Part shown: piece by piece, positions 19,701-33,075 of the stretch
Numbering within the stretch: the first letter of the stretch is position 1
How the letters are laid out: each line of letters begins with the position of its first letter
Assembly (NCBI RefSeq): GCF_009914755.1
Contig: NC_060936.1
From: the human T2T-CHM13v2.0 reference genome, Homo sapiens
DNA length: 64,000 nt
Direction: 5' to 3' (one strand)
Position numbers and translations under genes: made by a program
The notes under the pieces: generated by a model
The model's input: the letters and a program-made list of their open reading frames with translations, nothing else
The model's database searches: none
What the model was told of the DNA's origin: nothing

Positions 19701-20283
19701 TTGAAAAAGAACTAGAAGTGATCAAAGATGTATGACAGCATCCCATTAAAAAGTTTTACTCAGGAACTCCAGCAATAGATTTGTGCTAAGGAATATATTG
19801 TGTACCTGAATATATTAAAGTGGTCTATTTGGGAATAAAAATAATATATATGTCATTCCTACTTTCTAAATAAAGATATCATAAGTTTTCATAAATGCTA
19901 CCTCTGTAAGCAAAGTGAAAATATCAGACATTTCCCCTTCCTAAATTTATTCTCATTTGCCTCACCCAAATCCTCATCTTTTTATAGATTTACAATATTT
20001 TATTTAGTTACTATTCTATAACATTGATTTATTGTCTTTTGGTTGAAAGTATGAGTTGTGCACATTTGCTCAGTTCATTGCAGAATCTTTAGCACCCTGG
20101 GCTAAGGATAAAATACCCATAGTGCATCACATTTACTGTAATAGCCAAAAATGCTGCCACATTTCTTTCTTTCGCCACTCCCTAAGCCCCCGGAGGGAGG
20201 ATACTTAAGTCTCACTCTATTTAAAATAACATAATACCATACAAATTTACTACTAGGTATGGTTCTGAAAATAGAGTGATTGA

Positions 20284-20658
<375 letters not shown>

Positions 20659-20660
20659 CC

Positions 20661-22072
20661 TTTTTTTTTTTTTTTTAATTTATCTTGTATTTTGAGTTCA
20701 AAGGTACATGTGCAGGTTTGTTATATGAGTAAAATTTTGTCATGGGGTTTTTGTACAGATTATTTCATCACCCAGGTATTAATCATGATCCTTCCTCTCC
20801 TTCCACCCTTCACCCTCTAATAGGCCCCATGTCTGTTGTTCCCCACTATGTGTCCATGTGTTCTCATCATTTAGCTTCCACTTGTAAGTGAGAACATACA
20901 GTATTTGGTTTACTGGTTCCTGTGTTAGTCTGTCAAAGATAATGCACTCCAGCGCCATGCTTGTTTCTGCAAAGGACGTTGCTGCATGTACTTTTTTTAT
21001 TGCTGTATAGTATTCCTTGGTGTGTATGAACCATATTTCCTTTATTCAGTCTACCATTAATGGGCATTTAGGTTGACTGCATCCCTTTGCTATTATGAAT
21101 AGTGCTGCGATGAACATATCCATTAATGTGTCTTTACGGTAGAAAAATTTATATTCTTGTGGGTGTACACCCAGTAATGGGATTGCTAGGTTGAATGTTA
21201 ATTCTATTTTAAGTTCTTTGAGGAATTGCCACACTGCTTTCCACAATGGCTGAACTACTTTACACTCCCATCAGCAGTGTATAAGCATTCTCTTTTCTCT
21301 GCAACCTCCCTAGAATCTGTTACTATTTTTATTTTTTAATAACCATTCTGACTGGTGTGACATGGTATCTCATTGTGGTTTTGATTTGCATTTCTCTAAT
21401 GATTAGTGACATTCGGCATATTTTCATATGCTTGTCAGCTGCATGTATGTTTTCTTTTGACAACTGTCTGTTCACATCCATTGCCTACTTCTTAATGGAG
21501 TTGTTTGCTTTCTTTTTTTTTTCTAAATTTAAATTTTATAAAGTAATATGTGTACATAAGAGACAAATAGTTCCACAAGGCTTATAATGAAAAACTGCAG
21601 TCCTCTATCCCACCATCCCAACCTTGGGGTCTCACTCTCCAAAAAGAAATGCTTTGAGCACTTGAGCTGTCTTCTGGTACTTACCTCCTCACTGCTACAA
21701 AACATGCTCATATTATTATTTCCTCATTTGTTTCCATTACAGACATTTTCTCTAGGCTTCCTAATATGGAGATGAGGAATTAACCTCCTCCTATCCTCTT
21801 CTACACTTATATCACAATTTCTCATGTTTGTTTTCTGCTTGTAAATCTAAGTTCCTTATCTATTTTGGATATTAGACTTTCATCAGAAAAATAGTTTGCA
21901 AATATTTTCTCAGATTGTGTAGGTTGTCTGTTTACTTTGTTCTTAATGTCTTTTGGTATGCTGAAGCTCTTTAGTTTAATTACAGTCCATTTGTCAATTT
22001 TTTTGTTGTTGTTGCAATTGCTTTTTGTATCTTAGTCATTAAACTTTGCCCATTCCTATGTACAGAATGGTA
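20661..22072 (-). mobile_element. 5'-truncated older L1PA (approx. PA13-15), interrupted at 21514-21824
   Basis: 3' UTR GTACAGATTATTTCATCACCCAGGTATTAA; ORF 21046-21246 matches the ORF2p C-terminus; L1 sequence resumes collinearly after 21825. Confidence 0.9.
21514..21824 (-). mobile_element. Retroposed 311-bp insert, HAL1-like 3' end, with poly(A) tail and TSD
   Basis: T10 at 21513-21522; TATAAA on the minus strand at 21535-21540; 12-bp TSD TGTTTGCTTTCT (21502-21513) / TGTTTGTTTTCT (21825-21836); body CAAATAGTTCCACAAGGCTTATAATGAAAAACTGCAGTCC recalls HAL1. Confidence 0.7.
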
Positions 22073-22200
22073 CAACACTTATTACCACTTTATGGATGAG
22101 AAAACTAAGACATGAAGAGATTATGTAATTCAATGTCACCCAAAATTATAGAAACCCTGGAAGACAAATACCATTCTGGACGAATCCCTATCTTTATCAA
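22072..22200 (-). mobile_element. MIR fragment
   Basis: ATTACCACTTTATGGATGAGAAAACTAAGACATGAAGAGATTATGTAA is an antisense MIR core. Confidence 0.65.
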
Positions 22201-22774
22201 TGCTTCACAGCTTAGCTAACGGTAATTCTCACAAATATTGAGCTTTTACTTTGTGTCAGGAAATGCTTCAAGTATTTTGCTTATATTATCAAATTTAACA
22301 TGAAAAATAAGCCTGAATAATGATTAATGAGTCAGTTATGGAAACTACTCTTGACTAGGCAAGGAACCTCTAGTTAAAGTCTTGTCACTACCTATATTTT
22401 GTTATATTAATGGAATTTTATTGTTATAATTAGTTTTATTTTCTTCACCGCTACATTTTAAATACAGTGTGGGTAGATGCAGTTCCTATTCATCATTTAC
22501 TCACACCACATAATACATTACTGTCTTCATAATACATATTTTAAAAGGACTTATTGGGCTATACAACAAATAGAGATTTGTGTTAGCAGGGAGAAAATTA
22601 GTACATTTTGAAGAACTTAGAGTTAAAAATAATTAGACGGTATAAATGAATTCTGCGATTACTCTTTTAAATGCTTGCAATTTGAATAATGTTAAAGAAT
22701 AGAAAAAGTATATTACTAGTAAAATGCCTTGATTTCAACAAAATATGTAAACAACTAGTAAAATGCTTTCATTT

Positions 22775-24136
22775 TGTCACAGGATACTTGAGGTGTTGCT
22801 TTTATGTCCAGAAACTTCCGTGGCCAGTGGGCCTTTGCCCGGGTTTTGCTTGGGCCCACTGGGCTCGTTCTGCCCCCTTGGCCTGGCAGGCTGTACTCTG
22901 CTCATGATACTGGCCTGAATCCTATGCCCGCCAAGGGCGAGCCAGACACAGAGCAGGGAGGGGTGTGTGAGTGAGTGAGTGTGGGGTCCAGCCAACTGTG
23001 CATACCTAGGCATGCCAGCTGCAGCGGGATGGGCAGCTCCAGGTGCTGGCACGGGTGCTGGCTTCCTGCAAGGCTGTAGCTGGAACAGGTGAACTGCAAG
23101 CAGCTTTCACAGCTGGCACCAGGGATTGTGGTGGCAACCAGAAGCTTGGAGATGTCAGGAACTGCAGACGGTCAAAGAGGGTGTCACAGCCTTGGCTTGG
23201 GGACCTCCTAAGTTGGGGCTTCCTGAAGGGCCTCAGCTCTTCTCTCCTTCTCTCTTCTCTCCTTCTCATCACCTACAACGTGGCGAGCAAGGGGTGTGTT
23301 TCAGCCCTGTTTGTGTTACAGTTCCTTCAACCCCACCATTTGGCAGTTCCCAAGTTCTTGCCCTGCGTCTAGGAAGAATGAGGTACACAGAAAGTGGAGA
23401 GTGAGCAAGGTGAAGAGTTGATTTATTGAGTGACAAAATAGCTCAGAGGAGACCCACATTGGTTAGCTCTTCTCCACAGGCAGGTTATCCTGCCAGAGTC
23501 TGGCTGAGTCCTGAGGTTTTTGTGGGCTTCAGAGGGGAGGAAGTGTGTGCTGATTGGTCCATGGACAGCCATAAGCTGCCTGGCAAAAGCACCAGAAGTT
23601 CTCACTCTGATCCACAGACTGGCTGCCTGGCCCCCAGGCCTCAGGCCGTCCCTGGCCTGAAGGTGGAGTTTCACTGCAGATCCATCCCTTTCTGACCAGG
23701 ACCCTGTCTGCCACCTGTTGTCATTAACCAGCCAGGCTGTTTGTGCCAAGGGGTGCCTGCAGGCCCATGCCAAGCCACCTGAGGGCATGCACACCCAGCC
23801 CGGTTGTGACAGCACCCGGGCTCGCCCGCAACTTTGCTCAAAAACTGGAGTAGGCACTGGGATTGAGAAGAGGCCAGGCAGTGGGAGCAGAAACTTCTGA
23901 GCCTGCCGGGACAAAGGAGCTTCCCGGGCCCCTGAGAATGCAGAGATGCCCGGGTCTAGAGCTGTGGCTTGGCAGCTGCAGCTGTACTCAGGAGGGCAGG
24001 GTTCCCGCCCCTCCAACGTGGAAGGGGACGGGGCTTCAGCCTGTTCCCTGCTCCTACCGGATTCCTGGAGTGCACAGTCGTGACCTCACCTCTACTGCAG
24101 CCAGCCTCATGGCAGGGGCCACTCCAGATGGTATCA
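22775..24136 (-). mobile_element. MER52-family solo LTR (ERV1), ~1.36 kb
   Basis: GC-rich block bounded by TGTCACAGGAT... and ...CTCCAGATGGTATCA (TG..CA); AATAAA on the minus strand near 23421; accounts for the ORF cluster at 22689-24216. Confidence 0.9.
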
Positions 24137-25419
24137 ATCCAGCTGCTCTCATCAATTTCAACAACATATCTAAACAACTAAATTTTTTCAGCTGCCTTCT
24201 TTTGACAGTTGCTTAGAAATAAATGCATGAGCATATCCGAATGAATTAACACACTGGTCATTTCCTCCAGTACAGTTACACAGAGCTTATTTCTGCCCGC
24301 AAGTGAAAACAACATGTCTTAAAACCTAAAGCTAAAGTGTTCTCTGATTTTGTCTCAAGTGGTGATTCAGATCCATAACTGTTATGCCTATCAACCTGTA
24401 TGAACATTGATTTTAGCTCTGGAATGTGCCATCTTGAACATTTTACCAGCTGACTGGGCTTTGTGCAAATGTTTATTATTTCTACCCCATCCTACTTCTC
24501 TTTCCGCGTTTTGTTCTTGATCAGTTATATTCCCTTGGGGATCAAAGCACTTGCTTTAATGGGTTTTTCCATCTCTGTTATCTTTTTCTCTGCTTCCACC
24601 GTTTTCAGCTGTTTCCTAATATCTTTCCTCTATGTATGAAAAAGGACAAAACCCTGAGAGGTACATGAAATAATTCAGGGAATATTCTTCTAAGCTTAAG
24701 AGGCCAAATGTTCAAGGAACTCTTCTACAGGGAAGTATGCTTAATAGTCTTTCATGTGTACAGGTTTTATAGATTTAAATAAATGGTCTTTGACCCAATG
24801 CTCAACCAAGTTATTCTTCCATCATTATAGAAATATGCAGATTATAATTGTAATTTTATTATGAAATATTTGTCAGTATACATGACATCATATATAATTT
24901 TTACAATATGTTGTAATCAATTTTATTTCAGTTGGTTTGGATGATACCTTATTACCTGTTAAGGACAATCTAAAGAAATTAACTCACAGACAAGATCCAT
25001 TGAGGGTATAAAATTTCAAATTACATGTGTAACTTGGATATACTAACCAATTAAATTTTGTTAAAAACAAATAATTCACTCCAAAATCACATTAAGCAAT
25101 AGACCCTAAGCCCACAGTATGTTTTTAATCAAAAACTTTTACTGAATAATTAAAAGAGATATTAAGTTATTTAAATGGTTGAAGGTTAATCAGATTGTTT
25201 ATATTTAAAAACTATATGAAATTAATATTATTGATTAGAGGCCCTAAATTAATATTTCTGTATTTGAGAAAGTTTTCTTTTCCAATTTTTGAATGGACAG
25301 CTGGATTTTTAAGTGATTTTCAGCATATGATCCTAAATAATAATAATCAAATGTGTGCATATATTTTACAAGTAGAACTTTGAAATATGTATAATATTAA
25401 TATGTGCAAAAATAACAAA

Positions 25420-25620
25420 TATATTGCACATATTATATGCTTAATGTTGTAAACAGTTTACCCATGTTAATACCTTTTGTCTTCCTAGTAATCCTATGTA
25501 ATAGGCACAACTCTTATTACCACTTTATGGATGAGACAAATAAGACATGAAGAGCCAAGATTGAAACCAAGAATTGTAGTTCAAGGCAATATGCATGTAA
25601 TCCCTATTCTATAATACAGC
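25420..25620 (-). mobile_element. MIR with an internal deletion
   Basis: AATCCTATGTAATAGG...ATTACCACTTTATGGATGAG...AGAGCCAAGATTGAAACCAAG. Confidence 0.65.
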
Positions 25621-26239
25621 TCTACGTAAGTTACATGAATAAAGAACATGAGAGTTTTTAGAGTTTATTTTTGATGTCTCAAAAGACATTAAACATCAAG
25701 GGAGCTTTCTCTAGTAAATGTTTGCATCTTTTCGTAGTCCAAACACTAATCCATAACAAATAGTTTTTCCAATTTAAGAACATTTATTATTGCCAGAGGC
25801 TTAAAAGTAAACTATTTCTAATAGCATAGGAAATTGAACAATGCTCATTCTTAGAGTCAGTGTATTTTTGTTTGTAGAAAATGCTTTTAGCAATTTGTGC
25901 AATGCTTGCCCTCAAAGTCAATATGTATTTTTTAAAGTATAATCTAAAGTGAAGTAAACATTGAGACATTTCTTAGGTATATTGTTAATATTTTCTGTAC
26001 CGTACACTATCTAAATAATGAAAGATATTAATAATAGGAGTGAGAATAAAAATAAATCTCAATGGAGTATACTATTTTAATTTTCTACTGCTGTATAATA
26101 TATTATCAAAAATTTACTGGCTCAAAACAGCACCAATTCTTCACTTCTCAGACTGTGGTGTGACCAAGTTCACTAGGTATCTACTGGAGTGTCAGGATAG
26201 ATAAAATGTTTAAAATATTCTTAGTCACATGGTTTGCAG

Positions 26240-26713
26240 TTCGGGCTGGATCTAAACTTCTGTTAAAAGGAACAAGGGCTCCTTGGAGAAATGGCTGATT
26301 CTTGGACTGGTTGGGATAAGAAACATACAAGATTGAGCTTGGAGCACATTTTATCTCCATAAAATAAAGAAGTGTCAAAAAAAAAAAACAAAAAAGAAAT
26401 GATCCATAATCTTGGTGGTGATATATCAAAAGAATTCAAAGAAAGGGCTCCCAAAAGCCAAAGGTGGAACAAGTTAAGAAACAAAATAAATAAAGTAGCA
26501 TTGGACTATAGCCCAAAGTTTAAAATAGATATAAACGAATCCATGTGTTACTTATTCAACGTAAAATTGAATAAGTAAGTAAATGTGGAGAATAGACAAA
26601 TCTTTCTTGCAGAAGGACTCCAAATAAATTATGTTAATACTCTGCCCTCAAGGAGGAGGAGCATAACTCTTTATTCCTTAAATGTGGGCTGTACACAGTG
26701 ACTTTCTTTCAAA
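26240..26713 (+). mobile_element. L1MD-type 3' UTR fragment
   Basis: GGGCTCCTTGGAGAAATGGCTGATTC...CTGCCCTCAAGGAGGAGGAGCATAACTC...GTGACTTTCTTTCAAAG. Confidence 0.7.
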
Positions 26714-26925
26714 GAAACCCCGTTACTACTAAAAAAAAAAAAAAAAAAAAAATTCGGTGGGCGTGGTGGTACACACCTGTAGTCCCAGCTACTCAGGAGG
26801 CTGAGTCAGGAGAATTGCTTGAACCCAGGAAGTGGAGGTGGCAGTGAGCTGAGATTGCACAACTGCACTTCATCCAGCCTGGGCAACAGAGCAAGACTCT
26901 GTCAAAAAAAAAAAAAAAAAAACAA
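26714..26925 (+). mobile_element. 5'-truncated AluS (end of left arm, expanded A linker, right arm)
   Basis: Begins GAAACCCCG, has an A22 linker, a complete right monomer and an A tail; no clear TSD. Confidence 0.9.
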
Positions 26926-26937
26926 AACCTAAGAAAC

Positions 26938-28261
26938 CTTCAAAGGACAAGCTGACTCTCTTGTTAGGGATAACATTTAAAATAAAAGTATTTTAAATAT
27001 TAATGAAAACTCTTAAAGCTGGTGACTTTAAGTTAAAGCTGATGCTAACTTACTTCAAAAAGGCTTGGGCCCTTAAGAGTTGTGCTTACTCTATCTTCCT
27101 GTGCTCTATACATAGAAAAATGAAACCTGAGTGTCTACACATCTGTTTACATCATATTTTATAGAATATTCTAAGTATATTGGGACATATTGCTCAGAAA
27201 AAAGATTCCTTTCAAAACAGTACTGTTCATTGACAATTTATCTGGTCACCCAAGAGCTGTGATGGAGCTGTGCAAGGAGATTAATGTTTTCATTTCTTCT
27301 ACCACAACATCTATTCTGCAGTTTTTTGGATCAAGGTGTAATTTCTACTTTTAAATTTCCTTATTTCAGAAATCCATTTATTAAGGCTATAGCTGCCAGA
27401 GATCATGATTCCTCGGATGGATCGGGCAAAGGCAAATGGAAACCTTCTGGAAAGGGTTTACCATTTTAGATGCCATTTAGCACATTTGTGATATCATGGG
27501 GGGTGATCAAAATATCAACATTAATAGGAGTTAGAAGTAAGTTGATTCTAACTTTCATGGATGACTTTGTGTGATTCAAGATTTTAGCTGAGGAAATAAC
27601 TGTAAATGTGGTGGAAAAAAGTAACAAAACTAGAATTATAAGTAGAGCCTGAAGATGTGACTGAATTGCTGCCATCTCACTATCAAACTTCAACAAATGA
27701 GGAGTTGCTTCTAATAGATAAACAAATGAAGTCGTTTCTTGAGGTAGAATCTACTCCTGATGAAGATACTGTGAACGTTTTCAAAATTACAACAAAGGAT
27801 TTAATTGATGAAGCAAAGACAGTTTGAGAGATTTGACTCCAATTTTGAAACATCTACTGTAAGTAAAATGCAAACAGCATTGCATGCTACAGAAAAATCT
27901 CTTGTGAAAGGAAGAATCAGTTGATGTGGCAAACATCACTGTTGTTATTACTTGAAGAAATTGTCACAGCCTCTCCAAGCTTCAGCAATCACCACCCTGA
28001 TCAATTAGAGCCACACACATCGAGGCATGGCCAGCGAAAAGATTATAACTTACTGAAGGTTCACATGATTTTTAGCATTTTTTAGCAATGAGGTGTTATT
28101 TAAAATTAAGATATGTATACTATTTTTTAAACATAATGCTGTCACACACTACAGTATAGTGCAAACAACTTTCATATACATTGGTAAACCAAAAACTTCG
28201 TGTGGCTCACTTTATTGCAGTGGTTATGAACTAAACCTGCAAAATTTATGAGGTATGCTTG
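26938..28261 (+). mobile_element. Tigger1 DNA transposon, 3' half
   Basis: CTTCAAAGGACAAGCTGACTCTCTTGTTAGGG...CAGCAATCACCACCCTGATCA...; ends in the right TIR GAGGTATGCTTG followed by TA. Confidence 0.9.
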
Positions 28262-29184
28262 TATTATTTTACTGAAAATTGCATTTTAGAAGTAAATGTA
28301 GGTATCAAAAAAAAAATGAAGTCTGTAGATAGATATTACATTGCAATTATCATTCCAGGGATGATAGTAGACACACCACTTGGTATTTTTTTTTAATCTT
28401 ATGAGACCCATAAAGGGCAGCCTTTGTTTAATAGCACCTTTTGACATTTATTACCCTTCTTCTGACTTTTTTTCTTTAATTTATGAAGTCATAAGTGCAT
28501 CATCTCTTTTCTTAAATATCAGGTTATCACTAGTATTCTAACTTGCTCTTATTTTCTTTGCTTTAAGTGAGACGGGTTTTAATATAATGTTCTTAAATAA
28601 TGAAGACAAAGTTTGCATCTGCATAGTTAGTGTTTCTAATAATGGCAGAAAGCTTTCCTGTTTAGTGAGAGGAAAGCTACAGGTTAAAAAATTAAATTAA
28701 AACAATATAACATAAGTTATTATGTGCTTGCATATTCTTTTATGCATAGGCAAATTCATGTACGTAATTTTGTGGTGGAATAGCATGTAAAGCCAATGTT
28801 TTGAATTTTCATTTACTTGAATTATAGGGTGATAAAATATCTTTGATTCTTTTCATTTTTTAACTTTGCATTCCTCTATTGTTATATAACAGAGAGTAAC
28901 TTTTATGATATTTTAGCTAAATACTTGCGTTTAGTATAATAATTTAGCTACTGTATTTACCTCTTTCAATTCTCTTATTTTCTTGGTTGATTACCTTTAT
29001 CATTCAATTGTCATGTCCTTTATAATAATTTCTCTGTTCCTTTTATGTTTTATAGTCATCTCTGTCTTTATTCATCATAAGGCAGAAATTCAGAATATCA
29101 ATACATAAAGAAAAAATGTATTTTTATTATTAATGGAAACTCTTTGTTTAATTAAACTTAATAAAACTGAAACTTTTTGCCCTC

Positions 29185-29555
29185 CTTTTTAAAAATAAAT
29201 GTTGTTGTATATATTTTAAGTATACGACATGATGTTATGGAGTACGTATAGATAGTAAAATGTTAACTATATCAAAGCAAATTAATATAGCCATTCTCTT
29301 ACATAGTTAACTCGTTTTTTGTGTATGTGGCAGAAGCAGCTAAAATTTTATTTAGCAATAATCCTGAATAACATACCATACCATATTAATAACTTTAGTT
29401 TTCATGTTGTACATTAGATCTCTAGGCCTGTTCATCCTGCATATGTACCACTTTGTAACCTTTGAGCTTCATCTTCTCATTTTCTCCTTCCCATTTTGCC
29501 ACCCATTTTGCCACCCACAATTACTGTTTCATTCTCTATGTCTGTATATTTGAAC
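29185..29555 (-). mobile_element. L1MA (approx. MA7/8) 3' end
   Basis: CATGTTGTACATTAGATCTCTAGG, AAGCAAATTAATATAGCCAT and CATTCTCTATGTCTGTATATTTGA are antisense L1MA 3' UTR motifs. Confidence 0.75.
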
Positions 29556-32500
29556 TTCTCTGACCACAATGGAATAAAACTATAAATTAATAACAAGAGA
29601 AATTTTGGAAACACTACAAATGCATAGAAAGTAAACAATATGCTCCTGAATGACCAGCTGGTCAATGAAGACATTTAGAATAAAATTAAAAGATTTCTTG
29701 AAACAAATGATAATGAAAACACAACATACCCAAACCTATGGGATATTGCAAAAGCAGTTCTAAGAGGGAAGTTTACAGGTATAAGTGTCTACATCAGAAA
29801 AGAATAAAAACTTCAAATGTACAATCTAACAATGCATCTTAAAAAAACTAACAGAGCAAGAGCAAACAAAACCCAAAATTAGTAGAAGAAAAGTTATAAT
29901 AAACCTCAGAGCAAAAATAAATAAAATTGAAATTTAAAATGCAAAATATTAATAAACCAAAAGGTGTTTCTTTAAAAAATATTTAAATTGACAAACCTTT
30001 AGTCAGACTCACTAAGAAAAAAGAGATAATCCACATAAATAAAATAAGAAATGAAAAAGGAAACCCTAAAGTTGATGTAGCAGAAATTCTAAGGACCTTT
30101 AGTAGCTACTATCAGAAACTATCTGCCAATAAATTGGAAAATATAGAAGAAATGGACAAATTCCTAGATACCTACAACCTGGCAAGATTGAACCAGAAAA
30201 AAATTCTTACTTGAATGGACCAATAACATGTAATGATAAAAGCCATAATAAAAAGTCTCCCAGGAAAAAAGGAAAAAGAAAAAATAAATAAACCCTGGGC
30301 CTGATGGCCTCACTACTTAATTCTACCAAACATTAGAAGAATAACTAACACCAATCCCACTCAAACTATTACAAAAAATAGCAGAGGAGGAAATACTTCA
30401 AAACTCATTCTACAAGGCCGGTATTACCCTGATACCCAAACCAGAAAAAGACATATCAAAAAATAAAATAAAATAAAATGACAGGCCAATATCTCTGATG
30501 AATATTAATGCAAAAATCTTCAACAAAATACTAGCAAACCAAATTCAACAATACATTAGAAAGATTACTAATCATGACCAAGTGAGATTTATCCCTGAAA
30601 TGCAAGGATGGCTCAACATATGCAAATCAATCAATGTAATACATCAAATCAATGGAATGAAAAATATAAGTCACATGACCATTTCCATTAATGCTGTGAA
30701 AGTATTCTATAATATTCAACATCCCTTCATGATAAAAACCCTAAAAAAACTGAGGGTAGAAGAAGCATACCTCAACATAATAAAAGCCATGTATTACAGA
30801 CCCACAGCTCATATCATACTGAATGGGGAAAACCTGAAAGCCTTTACATTAAAATCTGGAAAATGACAAGGATGTCCACTGTCACCACTGTTATTCAACA
30901 TAGTACTGGAAGTCATAGCTAGAGCAATCAGACAAGAGGAAGATATAAAGGGCATCCAAATTAGAAAGGAAAAAGTAAAATTATCCCTGTTTGCAGATGA
31001 TATGATCTTATATTTGGAGAAACCTAAAGACACCACAAGAAAACTATTATAACTGATAAATTCAGTAGAGTTGCAGATTACAAAATCAACATATAAAACT
31101 CAATAGCGTTTCTATATGGCAAATGTGAACAATGTGAAAATAAAACCTCATTTACAATAGCAATACATAAAATTAAATGACTAGGAATCAACCTAACCAA
31201 AGAAGTGAAACATCTCTATAATGAAAACTATGAAACACTGAGGAAAGAAATTGAAGAGGACACAAAAATGGAAAAATATTTTATGTTCATGTATTGGAAG
31301 AATCGATATTGTTAAAATATTTATATTACCCAAAGAAATCTATAGATTTGATGCAATCCTTATCAAAGTGCCAATGATAGTTTTTACAGAAATGGAAAAA
31401 AAGATCCTAAAATTTATATGGAACCACAAGAGACCCAGAGTAGCCAAAGCTATTCTGAGCAAAAAGAACAAAACTGGAGGAATCACATGACCTGACTTAT
31501 ACTATAGAGCCATGGTAACCAAAACAACATGGTATTGGCATGAAAACAGAAACGTAGACCAACAGAACAAAATCAAGAACCCAGAAATGAATCCACACAC
31601 CTAGAGTGAACTCATTGTTGACAAAGGTGCCAAGAACATACACTGGGAAGAAAACAATCTCTTCAATAAATGGTGCTGGGAAAACTGAATATCCATATGC
31701 AGAAGAATGAAATTAGATCCTAATCTCTTGCCATATACCAAAATCAAATCAAAATGGATTAAAGACATAAGTCTAAGACCTCAATCCATTAAATTACTTC
31801 AATAAAGCCTTGGGGAAAATCTCCAGGACATTAATCAAGGCAAAAATTATTGAGCAATACTTCACAGGCACAGGCAACCAAGGCAAAAATGGACAAATGA
31901 GAACACATCAGGTAAAAAACTTCTTCATGGCAAAGGAAACAATCAACAAAGCCAAGAGACAACTCACAGAATGGAAGAAAATACTTGCAAGCTATGCATT
32001 TGGCAAGGGATTAATAACCAGAATATATAAGAAGCTCAAACAACCCCATAGGGAAAAAAAGTCTAATAATCCAATCAAAAGATAGGCAAAAGATTTGAAT
32101 AGACATTAAAAGAAGACATAAAAATGGAAAACAGGCATATGAAAAGGTGCTTAACATCATTGATGAACAGAGAAATTCAAATACATGTTAAATTGACATA
32201 TTAACTGACCCTTAAAATGGCCTATATCCAAAAGACAGGCAATAGAAAATGCTGGAGAAGATGTGGAGAAAAGGGAACCATCATACACTGTTGGTGGGAA
32301 TGTAAATTAGTACAATCACTATTCAGAACAGTTTGGGGGTACCTGAAAATACTAAAAATAGAGCTACCATATGATCTAGCAATCCTATAGCTTGGAATAC
32401 ACCCAAAAGGAAGAAAATCAGTGTATCAAAGATAAATCTATACTTTCATGTTTGTTGCAACACTGTTCATAATAACTAAGATTTGAAAGTCACTTAAGTG

Positions 32501-33075
32501 TCCATAACTAGATGAATGGATAAAGAAAATGTGGTATATATACACAGTGGAGTACTACTCAGCCATAAAAATAAGAATGATATCCAGTCGTTTGCAACAA
32601 CACGGTTGGAACTAGAGATCATTATGTTTGTGAAATAAGCCAGGCACAGAAAGACTAACGTCACATGTTCTCACTTTTTTCTGGCATCTAAAAATTAAAA
32701 CAACTGAACTCATTGACATAGAGAGTAGAAGAATGGTTATCAGAGCCTGGGAAGTGTAGTGTATTGCTGGGGAAAGGTGGGCATGGTTAATGAATACAAA
32801 AAATTCATTAGAAAGAATGAATAAGACCTACTATTTGATAGCACAACAGGGTGACTATAGTCAATAATAACTGTACATTTTAAAATAACTTAAAGAATAT
32901 AGTTGGATTGTTAGCAACTTAATGGATAATTGCTTGAGTGGATGGATAACTCGTTCTTCATATTGTGCTTATTTCACATTGCATACCTATATCAAAATAT
33001 CTCGTGGACCCCATAAATATACACACTTACTATCTACCCACAAAAGGTGAAAATTTAAACCTAAAAATTTTAAAG
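29556..33075 (+). mobile_element. 5'-truncated L1MA (approx. MA1-2), 3.5 kb
   Basis: Disrupted ORF2 RT region (30498-30866 [18 protein letters not shown]; CTGTTTGCAGATGATATG encoding LFADDM); 3' UTR TTGATAGCACAACAGGGTGACTATAGTCAATAATAA. Confidence 0.92.

Noticed and set aside
22689-24216. GC-rich cluster of overlapping ORFs (up to 197 aa) as a gene or CpG-island promoter
   Set aside because: It lies essentially within a MER52 LTR with TG..CA ends; GC-rich DNA gives long spurious ORFs on both strands.
29490-29517. Short tandem duplications (CCCATTTTGCCA x2; similar near 18260, 49205 and 56762)
   Set aside because: Common slippage products, individually uninformative.
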